Positions 23,022 through 36,000 of a DNA stretch of 64,000 nt are shown here, piece after piece. Under the pieces are notes generated by a model that was not told where the DNA came from, ran no database searches, and worked only from the letters and a program-made list of their open reading frames with translations. The stretch covers positions 1 through 64,000 of the forward strand of contig CAUYUJ010000324.1 in the NCBI GenBank assembly GCA_963575745.1, read 5' to 3'. Source of the DNA: Prorocentrum cordatum. Taxonomy: Eukaryota. Made by a program: the position numbers and the translations under genes. Positions within the stretch are counted from its first letter, which is position 1; each line of letters opens with the position of its first letter.

Positions 23022-25735
23022 ATGGCCGCCCCCGAGAACATGGCGGCACAGATGAAGGCCATGCTCGACGCCAATCGGGAAGCCATCGCGCAGCCCCAGC
23101 AGTCCGAGCTGCAGCCCAGCATCTCAAGGCTGCAAGGTCAGATCCCCGCGCGGGGCACGGAATCCCGGCAGCTCAAGCGCGAGCTCTCGGTCCAAGCCAA
23201 CAAGATCGCCAATCTAGATTCCAAATCCAGCACCGGCGCGGGAACTGCGTCAGCTCACTTTCAAGAGGCGCATCTTCGCATCGACAAGCCCTCGAAGGAG
23301 GTGAAGATCAGCGAGTCCAACATGACGATGGGAATGGCAATCCCGCGGTCAAATTTATAAGCGCGTTCCCTCGCCCCCTTCTCATGGAGACCAGGCAAGC
23401 TCACTGGTTTCAGTTGCAGCCCATGCCCCCCGGATTGAAGAACGAGTCAGGAGCCGCGGCTATCTTCCATGGCCCGAGCTAATAAGTGTACGAGCTGTAG
23501 TTCACCCGTGCAGCTGGCGCCCAGAACTTCCAACGCAAGCTGAACCAGGCCGGCATGGAGTGGGCTGATTTCCGCGACAACAATAAGTACATCATCAGAG
23601 TTCGGGGTGATATTCCACTGCGCGCTCGTCAGGAGAAAAAAAGTGTTTTCTGGTTTGTATTGCGACATCCTCGAAGAGCGCGAGAAATCCCTCCATGGCG
23701 CCAGCGACTGCAAGCTGGAGATCAACGGATTCAAAGTCGTCATGCAAATCGCCACCTCGCGCGACGTCTACGAGCCGATCGCGGCCGCCTAGCAGGGCGA
23801 AGACGCCTTCAAGTTCGAGCCGACGAAGGACAACCTCGACAACTGGGACATTTCGGACGAGCGTTTCAGCGGCATCATCGAGGCCCTCTGATAGGCGCTA
23901 GCGCGGCACAAGGGCTGTCAGGACCTTGCCGCATATCCCACCGCCTCTCTAGCCGTTCCCATTTTTGCCCCCTCTGCCACCCAGGCCGAGCGCGGGGTTT
24001 GCGAGGCCTCCAGCGCCCCCCCCCCCCCTCGCCCCCGCCCCCCCCGCCCCCCCCCCACGCGCGTGCGTCAGCGGAGCCATCGGTTTTCCACCTCCCTCTT
24101 CTAAATATTCTCAACACCTCCCGGGCAGAGCGTTCAAGATTGCGACGCGGAGTTCTCGGGCGCTGATTGGATCGTTGTATGCAGACCGGGTTCGGATTCA
24201 ACATGAGTTTCATGCACTTCAAGACGCCCTTCGAAAGGACCAGATCGTTTGCCTTCAAGAGACTCATGCTGACACTGGAGACCTGCCAAACTTGCCCCGC
24301 GAGTTCAAGACCCACTCTCTGTGCGGTTCGTTCTGCGAGCGCCCGGGTGCTGGAGGCCTCTTCATTTTTGTCGAGAACGCCCTGTTGTGCGATTTCCAAT
24401 CAGTCTCTTTCCAAGAGCTCATCCCTGGTCGCATTGCAGGCCTGAACCTGCGTGGGCTGAAAAAGGAATTACAGATCAGCAATGCACGCATTGATCCTGA
24501 TCTTCTTGAACCTGGGGTCCGTCGGCAATTCCAAGCTATTCGAAACATCTTTCGGCCATCTCTCAGTGCTACTTCCTTCGCCCCGGAGACTTCAATTGCC
24601 ACGGACAAAAAGGGGAGGTCGGCGCAATCTCACCGCAGGTTCAGAACACTTCGGGACCTCGAGGAGACCAGCTCTATTTCACACACTTTTTTCCTGACCA
24701 TGCCAGGGCTGAAATAGCAAACTGTGCCCATCGCCGAGTTATCTCGCAACCTGCTGAGCAGATTTCCTTCGGCCGTCTCGATCGGATCTACTGCAACATC
24801 GCCACCCCCGACCTCCTGGACCCCTGCCCTGCCTGCTCCACCATCTGGAACGTCTCCGGCCTCACCTTCCTTTCCGGCCACGTCCACGTCGACCTCTCGC
24901 TCAAGCCGTGGAAACCTGAGCAGCATCACGTTTACTTACCTCCTTCTTGCCAGGCCTTCGTTCGCTAAACACTTCGAGGATCTCGTAAAAGGGCAAAAGC
25001 TGAGCGATGACCCCCCACGAGGCTAACCGATATTAAAACCTGATCGCCGCAGCTGGCCAGAAGACGAAAGCAGAAATGTTTCAAACGTCGGCCAACACGC
25101 TGCAGGAGAATATTGCCTGCTGTCTGAAGCTCGTTCGTGCGCACCGCTCTCTACTGGAACCTGCCGCCAAGAGTGCCACCCGTGCTGATCCCCAACTTAC
25201 CCCGCTCTACGACGCCGAACATATGATGTGGTGCAACTGGCAAGGCTTCCAATCATATTTACAGGAATTGATGTATCGGGAATTGGCGGCGCAGGAGGAA
25301 AGGACTCGCGGCCCCAAAAGCGGTCCCCGCATCAACCCTGACTTTCATCTCCTGCGTACTCGTAAGCACAGCAAAACCTGGAAGGCTGAGCAAAGGTCGA
25401 TTTGCCTCACTTGCATGATCGACCGGAAAGGACCCGAACAATTGGATGCGGACGTTTGTGCTGAGTTTTTTGTGTGCCCGCTGGGGCAAAGTATTTGGTG
25501 CCTGGCCAGGGCCACATGCGGCAGGAACTGAATACCTTCAACGTTTGTCCTCCATCGTTACGTCCCTGGGTTCAGGCGGAGGAGGAGGAGGAGGAGGAGG
25601 AGGAGGAGGAGGAGGCGGAGGAGGAGGAGGAGGAGGAGGAGGGGAGGGGGAGAGGGAGAAGAGGAGGAGGGGGAGGAGGAAAAGGAGGAGGAGGAGGAGG
25701 AGGAGGAGGACTCTGGATTGGTTGGTGCCTCCCCC
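23022..25735 (+). mobile_element. Decayed LINE ORF1, APE-type endonuclease and linker (copy 2)
   Basis: ORF1 at about 23022-23890; endonuclease motifs AFKIAT.SSRALIG, DQIVCLQETH, GAGGLFIFV, NARI, GDFN-like (ggagacttcaat at about 24585) and LDRIY (about 24777); linker ending ARWGKVF...LDWLVP. Confidence 0.85.
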
Positions 25736-25935
25736 CCCTGCAGGTCCTGCTCTCCCGCCCTCCCCACGACGGCCCGCCCATTGACTCGGCTCGGGGTGGC
25801 TTGGCGGGCGTGCGCGAAGCCAGAACCGCCAGAGACCCACACGCAGGGAGCGAGCCGGACGCCCGCCCACGGCTCGCGCCCAAGCTTATGTTGCCCCCAT
25901 CGTACTTGATGGCCACATCCCAAAAATAATGTTTA

Positions 25936-26011
25936 GGGGGCCACATGCGAACCCTACCCCTACCCCCCTACTATTTCTGGGGGGGAGGGGGAGGGTTCGC
26001 ATGTGGCCCCC
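25936..26011. mobile_element. Very short fold-back (MITE-like) element
   Basis: Arms gggggccacatgcgaaccct and agggttcgcatgtggccccc are perfect 20-bp inverted repeats; 9-bp flanks taatgttta and taatgtcga. Confidence 0.6.
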
Positions 26012-27024
26012 TAATGTCGAGCACCCGGAAAATTGTCGAAAGAGTGTCGGAAGAGTGTCGAAACAGTGTCGGACGAGTGTCCCCCAGGGCACGACACGTG
26101 AAGACGCTCGCGCTTTGGTACTTTGTTTGGTGCTCGAAATTCCAGGCGAGGTGGCCCACCCCCGCAGTCCGAGACGGCGGCAGAGGTTGGCGGCGAGCGG
26201 GGGGGTGGAATGAGAAGGAGAAGGCCCTCTGAGAAGGCGGCGGGGCTGCTCGAAAGCCCTCCGATCTTCTGAGAAGCTTTCTGTGTCTTCGGGGAAAGCT
26301 CAGAAAACTTCTCAGAAGGCTGGGGGACTTCCTACTGAAAAGGCCCGCCCCTTCTCACTTCCCCTCCTCGCTCGAGGACGAAGAGGGTGCAGTCAAGGAA
26401 ACACCATGCAGTCAAGGAGCGCAGACTGACTGAGGAACGAACGGGCTTGACCAGCCGCAAGCCTCGGCCACGAGTAGGTCTTCCTCGGCCTGAAGTGGTC
26501 CTCGTTTCGGCGTCTTGGCTGCAAGTCACGGCGGGCCTCTTCCCTGGGACACCTGGCCTGCCTCCTCGTGACGGTGGGCCCCGTCAGTCTCCGACACTGT
26601 CTTCGACGGCATCTCGGAGTGCACGCAGCTCTCGGGACAGGGGGCCCAGGACGCCCCGCCAGAGAGGGGCAGAAGAAGGAGGCGAGGAGTCAAGTGGCTG
26701 ATGCGAAGACGACGACGAGAGAGAGAGAGAGCGTGAAGAATGGAACCCCAACCAAAAATACGCCGATGGCTAGGGCTTGGCACGCCCGAAGTGGATACGA
26801 AAAAATAGATGCGAGGCCCAACAACGAAAGTTGCCCCAAACCGACAGCGGTAGGGGTTGGGCAGGCGAGCTTGTGGCTCAACTGGACAACGCCCGCGGCG
26901 GCACCGACAGCGAGCCCTGTTCGAAATCGGCAGGAAGTGCTACCGTTCTTCGTCCCCCTTTTGTTCCGTACCCATTTCGATCGTGCCGAAGTGGGTAAAA
27001 CGCACTCCCCGAAGGCGCCCCGGC

Positions 27025-27126
27025 CTGCTCTCTTGGCGTCGAACTCGGACTCCATCTGGCGCGCCCTCTCGGCGCGCTCCTCGGCCCGCTTGTCCAGCGC
27101 GCCGCCCAGCTCCTCGAGCTCCGCGC
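27025..27126 (-). CDS. Candidate upstream exon of the same host gene (AELEELGGALDKRAEERAERARQMESEFDAKRA)
   Basis: AG acceptor, AG|GC donor, high GC3, coiled-coil-like peptide; its phase-1 end joins in frame to the exon at 11857-11948 (..DAKRAG|PLDEF..). Confidence 0.45.
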
Positions 27127-28852
27127 CTCGGCTCGGGCGTCCCCGGTTTCCTCCTTCACTTGGGGAACATGGATCCTGCCTCTGCCATCTGGGGATCAAG
27201 GTCCGCTGGGACAGCCAAGTGGTTTGCCCTCCTCCTCCTCCTCCTCCTCCTCCTCATGTGGCGCTTCTCAATTTTGTCTGGGCCCTCCCGCTCAAGTCGG
27301 CGGTGTCACCCCAGTCGTTAGGCAGAAAGTGGGCGGGAGGGGTAGGGTATCAAATGCGGCGCGATCGCGCCCAACTTGCCCACCCCGCCTCGCCCACCCC
27401 CCTTTTGCCTTCGCTTCGTCCGGCAAACTCGGGAGTTCGCGTCAAACCACGAAGCCTGGCTGGCCAAGTGTGGAAATGCTGGTCTAATAGACAAGGAGCA
27501 TGCCCACTGCGCACAAGTATAACTACCCCCATACAATCAACGAGTGGTGGTAGACCAGGCGCCAATCGGTGGTGGAATGAGTGGGTATACGTTGGCGAGC
27601 AGATGCCAAGGTTATTCGCCTGTAGGGGTGGAAATTGGTGCGGCAGAGGCAGCATGCAGTAACCTTGCTCGAAGGGTTTGGCTTCCTGGGGGTACTGAGT
27701 GCCACCCACGCAATCGAAAAGTGAACAAGAATGAGCACCAACACCGCCCCTACCCCTAACCCTGGTCGTTCCTCCTGGCAGTCTTCCCCCGCCCCCTTGT
27801 TGGCCACAACACATCGACTATACATCCCTTATTCCTTCCTGGACATACCAAGATATCCTCGCCAACTCCGCCACGGGACCTGGAGACAAAGTTGGAGTGT
27901 ACTCAGGTCCGTTGTGCGCCATCGGTCCTGAATCCGCCAGGCCTTGTGTCCAGTGGGAGTGTTCGAATTCTTGCTGTTGTCGGGGGGACTCCTTTAGTTT
28001 TCTAGGGACGACCCCCCCCTCGCCCCACCCGTCGTTTGAACATCGCCCCCCTGAAATTGCATCCCGGCGAGCTTTTCGGCATCAGATGGCCAAGATGGCA
28101 TGGCCTCCAAGACGACTTCCAAGACAGCCAAGACGACACCAAAACAGCTCAAGATGACACAAGACGGCTCAAGATGCTCTCAAGACATCCTCAAGACGGC
28201 CCAGGAGGCCCCCAAGACGGCCAGACAGCCCCTGCAAGATAGCTCCAAGAGGCCCCAATAGGGCCCCGAGTCGGCCCAAAAGGACCCCAAGAACGCCCAT
28301 GAGACTCGCAAGAGGGCCCCATGACGGCGCTAAAGCGCTCCAAGAGGGTACCACGACGGCCCAGAGAGGCCCCCACGACGGCGTCCGAAGGCATCAGACG
28401 GGCCAATCGCCTCCCAAAGACGGTCCAAGAGGCCCCAAGATGCCCCAAGAGGCCCCCAAGAGGCCCCCAAGAGGCTCCCAGGACTCCCCCAAAATGCCGC
28501 CCAGGAGGCTCCCAGGAGGCCCCCAGGAGGCACCAAGAAGTTACCTCCTCTCGTTGTCGTCGTCGTCGTCGTCTTCCTCCTCCTCCTCCTTCTCCTCCTC
28601 CTCTTCCTGCTACTCCTCCCTACCGCGCGGACGAAGACGTTGTCAGAATCACGACCCTCCACAATTCAGACCACTCGCTGAACTGCAGCGGGGTGTAAAC
28701 TCGACCTTTTCATACCGCGCGGACGAAGACGAGGTCGAGTTCACGACCCGTCCTTATCAGACCTATCGTCGGAAATGCGCTGTTCCTGCACTCGGCCTCC
28801 TTCTGGCTTTGTTGCACGGGCACGGTGGCGGGGTTCGCCGCAGGCAGCTGGA

Positions 28853-29917
28853 TAATTCCACCAACCCTCTGGGCGTAGGTGGTTTAGGGAGTTTTGTTTT
28901 CCCCGTCGGGGAGGGGTTTAACGGCGCGGCGGCGGCGGCGGGCGGCGGCGGCGGCGGAGGCAGCGGCGGAGGAATCGCCACCAGTAGCTGCCAATCCAAA
29001 GACGACTTCTGAATGTGCTGCGGCTCGGGCCAGGCTCGGGTGCTGCGTATGTGTTGGGAGGGCGGGTGAGAGTGATCGACACGGCTTGCGGGCGGTGAGG
29101 GAGCCTTGACCCCTCCCCCATACCCCCTCCCCTGGACCTGGACGGGGGGTTCCGCGACGCGTTGGGCAAAGCGGCCTCGGCGAGGAAGCCAAAATCATTG
29201 GTTTTACACAGGTTTTGGCCCCATCATGGCCTCCTGAAGGGGGGGGGCTAATTGAGCCCCCCCCGTCCTGTGATCGATCTCCTCCAAGATGGCCCCAGAG
29301 GCGCCCAGGAGGCACCAAAAGGCCCCGACATGGCCCCAAGATGGCCCCATGTGGTCCCAAGAAACACCTCAAAGGCTCCCAGGATGCCCCCAAGAGGCTC
29401 CCAAGAGACCCCCACGAAGCCCCAAGAGACCTTCAGAGGCACCCGAGACTCTCCAAGAGGCCTCGGCGAAATTTCCCAAATCACTGATTTTACACAAAAG
29501 GTTTTGGCCACATTTGGGCCTCCTGGGGGGGGTACTGCTTCAGATGAGTCCACGAGCGCCTGGGATGAACCCAAAACCTCCAAGATGGCTCAATATATCC
29601 CAAGATGCCTCAAGATGGCTCCCACGGTGCTCCAAGAGGCCCCAATGACGCTTCAAGACGGCTCAAAGTGGCCAAAGAGCTCCCCCAGGACGCCCCGAAG
29701 AGGCAAACATCCTTCCAAGAGAATCAATGTTTTGGGTGTTCGCGCCTCTTCGCTTCCGATGGCCATCCGAGGCTTCAAGATGACTCCAAGATGGCCCAAG
29801 AGGGCTTCAAGAGCGCTCCCAAGGTTTCCAACAGCGCTTCAAGAGGGCCCAAAGAGGCGCCCAGGAGGCCCCAGGGGGTCCCAATAGGCGCCCCAGAGGC
29901 CTCCACGAGGCCCCCAA
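28853..29917 (+). repeat. Dispersed composite repeat (ccaccaaccct.tgggcgt head, then ccaagaggccc units)
   Basis: Shares ordered blocks with 38903-39480: the head motif, ttcccc.tcggggaggggttta, ccctgg.cctgga.gggggg, and caaaatcattg.ttttac twice. Confidence 0.7.
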
Positions 29918-32900
29918 GAGACCCCCTAATACTTTTTGGTCAACAAGCTCGCGAGGCGGATCGAAAGCCGTCCGGACACTAGTCGGGCCGCGATCAAGCA
30001 GCAGGAAAAGGAAGGCAAACGACGCGAGCGAGCGGGCAGCCACTCAGCAGGAGAGCCAGAACCGATACTCTCAAACCCGGTGGCGTTGGAAATCCTGGCG
30101 ACCAGCAAGTATGCGCACCCAAAATGGCGCGGCGGCGTGAAATCCCGACGACGACCCCGCATACGTCGATGACCTAGCTGCGTTGCTCAGCTCTACGAAG
30201 CAGACGCTGCGCGCCGCCATCGCCCTTCCCTGGACTGCGCGCGCTGCTGGACTCCTAGTGGAAGCACACCTTTGTAGAGGTATCAGGACCGCTGACTCAG
30301 AGGCCCTCCGGGGAACTCTTGAGGAGGCCCAAGTACACTATGAGCAAGACGGGGACAGCGTCCTGATCACCGGGCTTCCAGGCGAGCTGATTATGACCCT
30401 CCTCGCGGAAGGCGTGGAACAACATTCCATCGACTCATGCGCCCCCTTTCAGCGCCCGTGCAGCTGCGCCTTCAAGACGGCCCTCGTGCCCGCAGGACGC
30501 CATGAATGATGGCGTAACCTCATGGAATACACCCCCTTCGGGAGCTCCTCAGTGCGGGGCCAGCGGCTATGCCTCGGCGCCGCGGTGGTGTCGCGCGCGG
30601 CGGAAGGTGAACAGCCCCCCCCCCCAGGGGGGCGGCTCACTAAGGCGCAAGACGACGCCCTCACTAGAGGAACATGGGAGCGCCCCCACCCCAAGATGAG
30701 GGACAGGGCCATGGCCCTCCACCTGGCAAAACTCCCCCCCACCCGCGCCGCCGCGGCATGGAACTCATACCTGGTCTCCCTTGTCCCCCGCGCTGCCCAC
30801 TACCCCACCCCCGACGTCATGCGAGAACGCGCCTTACGTGCGCAACTCAGGGCCGCATTTGGGCTTGCCGCGGCGTCGTGGGTCCCCGACTTCATCCTTT
30901 CGGGGTTAGGTGTGCGCTTCCAAGCGCCGCGTGCCCCAAGGTGCCCAGCAGCCACGGCTCGGGCCGTCTCAGCCAGAGCGCGCGCCCTGAACGACTTCTG
31001 GGGGCCCATGCCAGCCAGAAAGCGCGCCAGAATTCGGTGGAACAAGCTACTGAAGTGGGCGGCCGAAGCCGCGCAGCAACTAGGGACGCCCCGACCCAAA
31101 CCTAGAGTTATCACAGAGCGCAAGGGGGCGCTAGCACTCCACCGTGCACGTGAGCAACCCGAGCTACTGGAAGGACAACGCCTTGGGAAGGTAGTCTACG
31201 CCGCGGCATGGGCACAAATGCGCAGCTCGCTGTTCACCAAATGGCTGACTGAAACCAGTCCAAAACAGAAGATGGCACCCCTCGAACGGGGAGGAGCGAG
31301 GCCCACTGCCCCACTGCGCGTCCTACACGGAGACCCTCCACGTCATCCGCATACTGTGCAACGGCCTTCCAGGCTCTGCAAGGCTGAGAAGTGAAGTCGA
31401 GCGGCCCCCGCGGCAATTTCCCCGCGGCGCGCGCGCCAAGTACGTCTGGATCACAGCCGGGCCCGGCGACGAAGCCAACGCCTGGTGCGCCGGATGCATA
31501 GGTCACGGGCCACGCCCCTCTGCGCTTTGGCAGCTACTCGATCCCAACTCCCTGCCCCTCACACTACGGGGCCAGGCCGAAGCCTACGCCCACACTCAGG
31601 GCAGCCTACGGGCCCCCACCAGAGCAGGCCCATACGGTCATTGTTCCCTCTGCGGGCTTGGGGAGGCGTCGACAGAGCACGCGTGGCACTGGTGCCCGGC
31701 CGCCGCCCTGGCTTGGTGCACCGCGCGGGGCCCGGGCCATCCCGAGTCCCTTGCGCGGGCCATAACCTGCAACGGTGACCACCAACCCCTCCTTGCGAAG
31801 GTGCTTCACCAGATCTCCTTCAGATACTGCGTCAACCTTGCCGCCACCCCCCTCGAGGCCAGCGATGCGGCCATACTCATTCTTCAAGGCGTCGTCGCCG
31901 CGGACACCGATCAGCAAGGCGACAGCGACGATGACGCCCGCGACGGCGACGAGCCCCCGAGGCACGACAGCCCGGACGAGACCGCCGTTTGGGCCCCAAT
32001 GCAAGATACCTGCCCCGCGCGCCACCCGCGCGCCACCCGCGGCAGGACCATATGCGGAGCCGCCAGGCCACGCATGACCCGCCACGCGCTTCGCGCAGGC
32101 TCCCGGTCGTCACCAGCCACTGCCGCGCAGGAGACAAGCTTGCAGTTATCCAGGCCACCCAGATGCGCGCGGGGTGGATGCTGCCCGGCCGAGGCTGGTT
32201 CCCCTGCCCCAAAACCGACAACAACCCCACGGCTAACTGGACGTCAGCATACTGCCGAGACTGTCGCGCAGACACCACAACGCTGACGGCGAACACCGAC
32301 CGCGAACCAGGGGACGAAGTAACCGTCCGCAGCTCCCCCTTCCCAGACACAGACAGCACCCAATGGCCATGCGAAGACACCTTCGATGGCGGCGCCCGAA
32401 GAATCGACGGCCGCGCCAGGGTCTCAGGCGCAGGCGCGATTTTGTGACACCACGACCCAGCGACAGGTACCCCCATAATAGTGGCGGTTGCCATAGTAGC
32501 GCTCCCCGGATGCAGCAGCGCACAGACGGCCGAGGTAGCCGGCTGCCGCGCTGGACATGCACTCCTCCCCCACCTCCGCGGCCCCCTGCGGGCCGCCAAG
32601 ATTGCTGGGGACAACTTAGCGGCCATCCGATATGGTGCGGCACGGCCAGGTACAGGAGGCTACACCTGGCTCAGTAATGGAGGGCGCCCTCGCTTAGGCG
32701 GAGAACATTGGCTGGGTGCTTTCTTGGCAGGGCGTGAAGCGCCGCCTGAATAAAGCTGCAGATGGCCTCGCCACTCCTGGAGTGTTCTGGGCGGATGCTT
32801 TACTCAACGCAGGCGACCTCGCAGTCCACGCTCACATACATTGGGCAGAAGCCCGCGACGCCCTCCCAGCCCACTTCCAAACTGTGCAAGGTCCAGACAT

Positions 32901-32990
32901 CGACCTTTGCGACCCGATGGAGTGTGCCGCCGCCCTCTTCTGCCTGGAAAACCCTCCGCACCCCCCCCCCATCGCCCCTGGTCGCTGATC
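29918..32990 (+). mobile_element. 5'-truncated, decayed non-LTR retrotransposon pol: RT C-half, CCHC knuckle, SET-like segment, RNase H
   Basis: DPLI (about 29920), AYVDDLAALL (about 30160), thumb-like AAAWNSYLVSLVP, CSLCGLGEASTEHAWHWCPA (about 31642-31700), and RNase H motifs FDGGARR..SGAGAIL, SAQTAEVAG, IAGDNLAAIRY, VKRRLNKAADGLA (32382-32790). Confidence 0.8.
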
Positions 32991-33087
32991 GACCGATCGC
33001 CCCGCCCACCGAGGCCCGCCCGGCAGCGGGGCGCGGCCCCCCAGCTTATCAAGGTACTCTAGCGGCGATCAGCTGCGACCCTTGAGG

Positions 33088-36000
33088 ATGCCCAAGCGCA
33101 AGTGCAATCAAGGGCCGCTGGCTGGCTGGCCAGCGCACGAGGCATGTCGCCCAAACGGCCCCATGCCCGCAGATGGCCTCCCCCCCTTCCGTGCCCGCGA
33201 ATGCCCCTGGCTGCGTTGGGCACACTTCAACGGCGAATGGTGCTGGTGGTGTGAGCTCTGTCAGAAGCACTGTGACGGGAAGGGGCACCTGCTACAGTGG
33301 GACCACTGGCACGAAAGTGACAGGCAGTGGGGCGACGGGTGGCCCGACCCCCGGGATTTCATCTCTGCGGGCAACCTGTGGACCATGACGAACGGAAGGG
33401 AATATGACCACGTCCACGACTGCAGAATCAAGAGGCACCCATGGCGCGGGTGGAAGACGACGGAGCCGGAGAAGGTCCAAGGGCAACCCCACCTCCCCGG
33501 CTGGTCTTTCCCAGACGACTGGGATCACGTTCCCGTCAACTTCCCCTACAGGGATGGCGCCTTCGACTTTGCCACCCCCTCAAGCACCACCCATTCCGCA
33601 AGGGCGCGCCCTCGCCAGCAGCTGGGGGGGACCTGGGCAAGGACGACCAGGGGTGGAGCGAGACCGATGGGCGGGCCTCTTGACAGAGACACCCCCGGCC
33701 ACGCCACCGCCTACCACCTGCGCACCCCAACCAGACACCACACGGGAGAAGACATTTGCGACATTCCCAACGCCTCCAGCAGAGCATCGCCTCAGGAGTC
33801 AGCCGACAGATCGCGCGCTGAGGCGCCCGAGGGAGAAGATCGCTTCGGCTACGGAGACACGCCCATCAGGGGTGAGGAGGGTAATTCTGGAGTCGCCGGC
33901 CGTGGCTGCGGCCGATGCGGTCTGGCAGCCATACTCCGCCCCGCCAGCTGTGGAATCGCTCAGTTCCGTCTGCACGCACCACTGGGGCAGATCCCGGAGG
34001 CCGTCCTCCCCCCACCACACCGGGCGCAGGATCTAAGGCAAAGGGGACGGGCTCTCGAGAGGCTGGCCTGGACCGAGTGCACGGCGTCGACCGAGACCGT
34101 CTGGGGCAATTCCGTCAAGGCCAGGACAGACCTCAGAAGGCAGAGCTGCGCCCTGGGAGTTTCCGCCACCCCAATCGAGGAGAACTCAGAGTGCGATGCC
34201 CTCGACCGCTTCCAGCTGAGGAACACCTTTCCACCCCAAGACGGGAAGGTGCCGCTACATCTACATTGGCCCTCGGCGTTCAGAGTCCTCCTCAAAGGTC
34301 AGGACGCGGGACAGGACGCGCACGTCCTCCTTCTCAGCCTCACCAGCCCAGCAGTGGACCAAGTCGCCGCCGTCAAACTTCTATGGCCCCCCGACCTCGG
34401 AGGCGCCATCCCTCCGGGCGACTGCCAGGCACTGGGTTTTCCAACGGGCTCGCGGTACCCCCAGCAACGAATGCATCGCCGTTAAAAGCACAGACATGTT
34501 CGGGGTATACCACGCAGATGACAGCATCGACCAGCCCACCTACGTAGGTGAGCCATGGTGCAGGCTGGACAAGGCGCCCCCATGATTCAGTTTTGGCGGA
34601 TCCCGGCTGCAATCGCCAAGATCTACAGGCTGCAGCAGACCCCCCGCGATCTCATTGGTACCCACCTGGGCGCCGTCACCTCCCCACCTTCCGCGCTGCC
34701 GACCAAAGGGGCAAGGCCGCCGCCAACAACGCCCTCAACACCGCCAAGTGTGGGCAGGCTCTCCAGGCACGCGCCAAAGCCACCCTGGAAGTCCGCTTCC
34801 CCTGCACCGACCTACCTGCGCCCAACGCCGTCTCGGCGATGCCCACTCACCCCGCCGGACTTCCAGCCCCCCCCCTTTCACCGACGCAGAGGTGGAGGAC
34901 GCCACCGGGCAGGTGTTCCAACGCGCCCGTGACCTACCAGCACCGAAATCCCTGGAGGACGGGGCCAAGCGCCACAGTCTCAACCGCGACGCCACAATGG
35001 CTTCGGCAGCCTCCACCCGGCATCGCGTGACGATCGTACACGGCCCCCCTGGTACAGGCAAAACAATTTTCTCGGTCGCAACCGTGGGCGCATGGGCGGG
35101 CTCGCTCTTCCCCGGGTTGTCGGTCGCTCTGGCTGCAGGTTCCAACGCGGCCGCCGACCAGCCGGCACTGGCCCTACTCGCCGCTCACAAAGACAACAAA
35201 CTGGCCTGCAGCACGGGTTTCCCGTCCAAGCGCGCGCGCCTCGCCAAGGATTTAAGGTGGCCAAGGAGCTGGCGGGGCTCACCCCAGGAGGCCGCTACCA
35301 GAGGGCCAACGGCAGACTCCCCTGCGAAGGCGGTTCATCCTCCAAGAACGTCCCCGCCTTCAGGACTCAGCTGCTCAAAGACGCGAAGACTGTCATAGCC
35401 ACGCACGAATCTGCTGAAGCACTAAAGAAGGCCGCCCCAGTGGTCCTTCTCATCATAGACGAGGCAGGGCAGGCGCGCGAGCTCGTGGCGGCCATGTCCT
35501 TGGACAGTGGCATTCGCTCAGAAGGACACCTAGTGCTGGTCGGCGGCCCCAGGCAGCTCCCCCCCACGGTCATCTCCAGAAAGGCAGGGGACCAAGGGTT
35601 GTGCCTCTCCATCTTCGACCGTCTACACCAGGCGCTAGGGGGGCACCAGTCAGCCGTGATACAGCTCAGCCTGCGTTGCCGCCTGCACCCCCTGCTGCTG
35701 GCCCGGCCCAACTGGGTCCTCTGCAACAGCACAATGCAAACTGGACTAGCTGACCCTCGGACCCAGAGGCCCCTAGTCAAGGTCTACCATGGCAGGAGTT
35801 CCAGCCCTGGAGCAACGTCAGGCTCGAAGAGCTAGCGCATGCCGCCCGCACCACCAGCGACGACGCGCACCAGATGCTGCGCAACCTGGACCCTGGAAAA
35901 CAACCCGCAGGAGAGCGGCACCGGTTCCTACTGGTCGACAACCCCTGGAGGTTACATCCAAGATGCACGCAGGATACGCCAACCTGCTGGGGGCAGCGCA

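Noticed and set aside
30112..30133. Further DinoSL-like hits (reverse-strand gccattttgg here, and ccattttggc at about 39185)
   Set aside because: Only the 9-10-nt core matches, there is no CTCAAG end, and neither sits at an element or gene 5' end.
32120..32270. A second RNase H domain suggested by GDKLAVI
   Set aside because: There is no upstream DG or E motif and no downstream N..AD motif; the flanks fit a SET-like pattern better.
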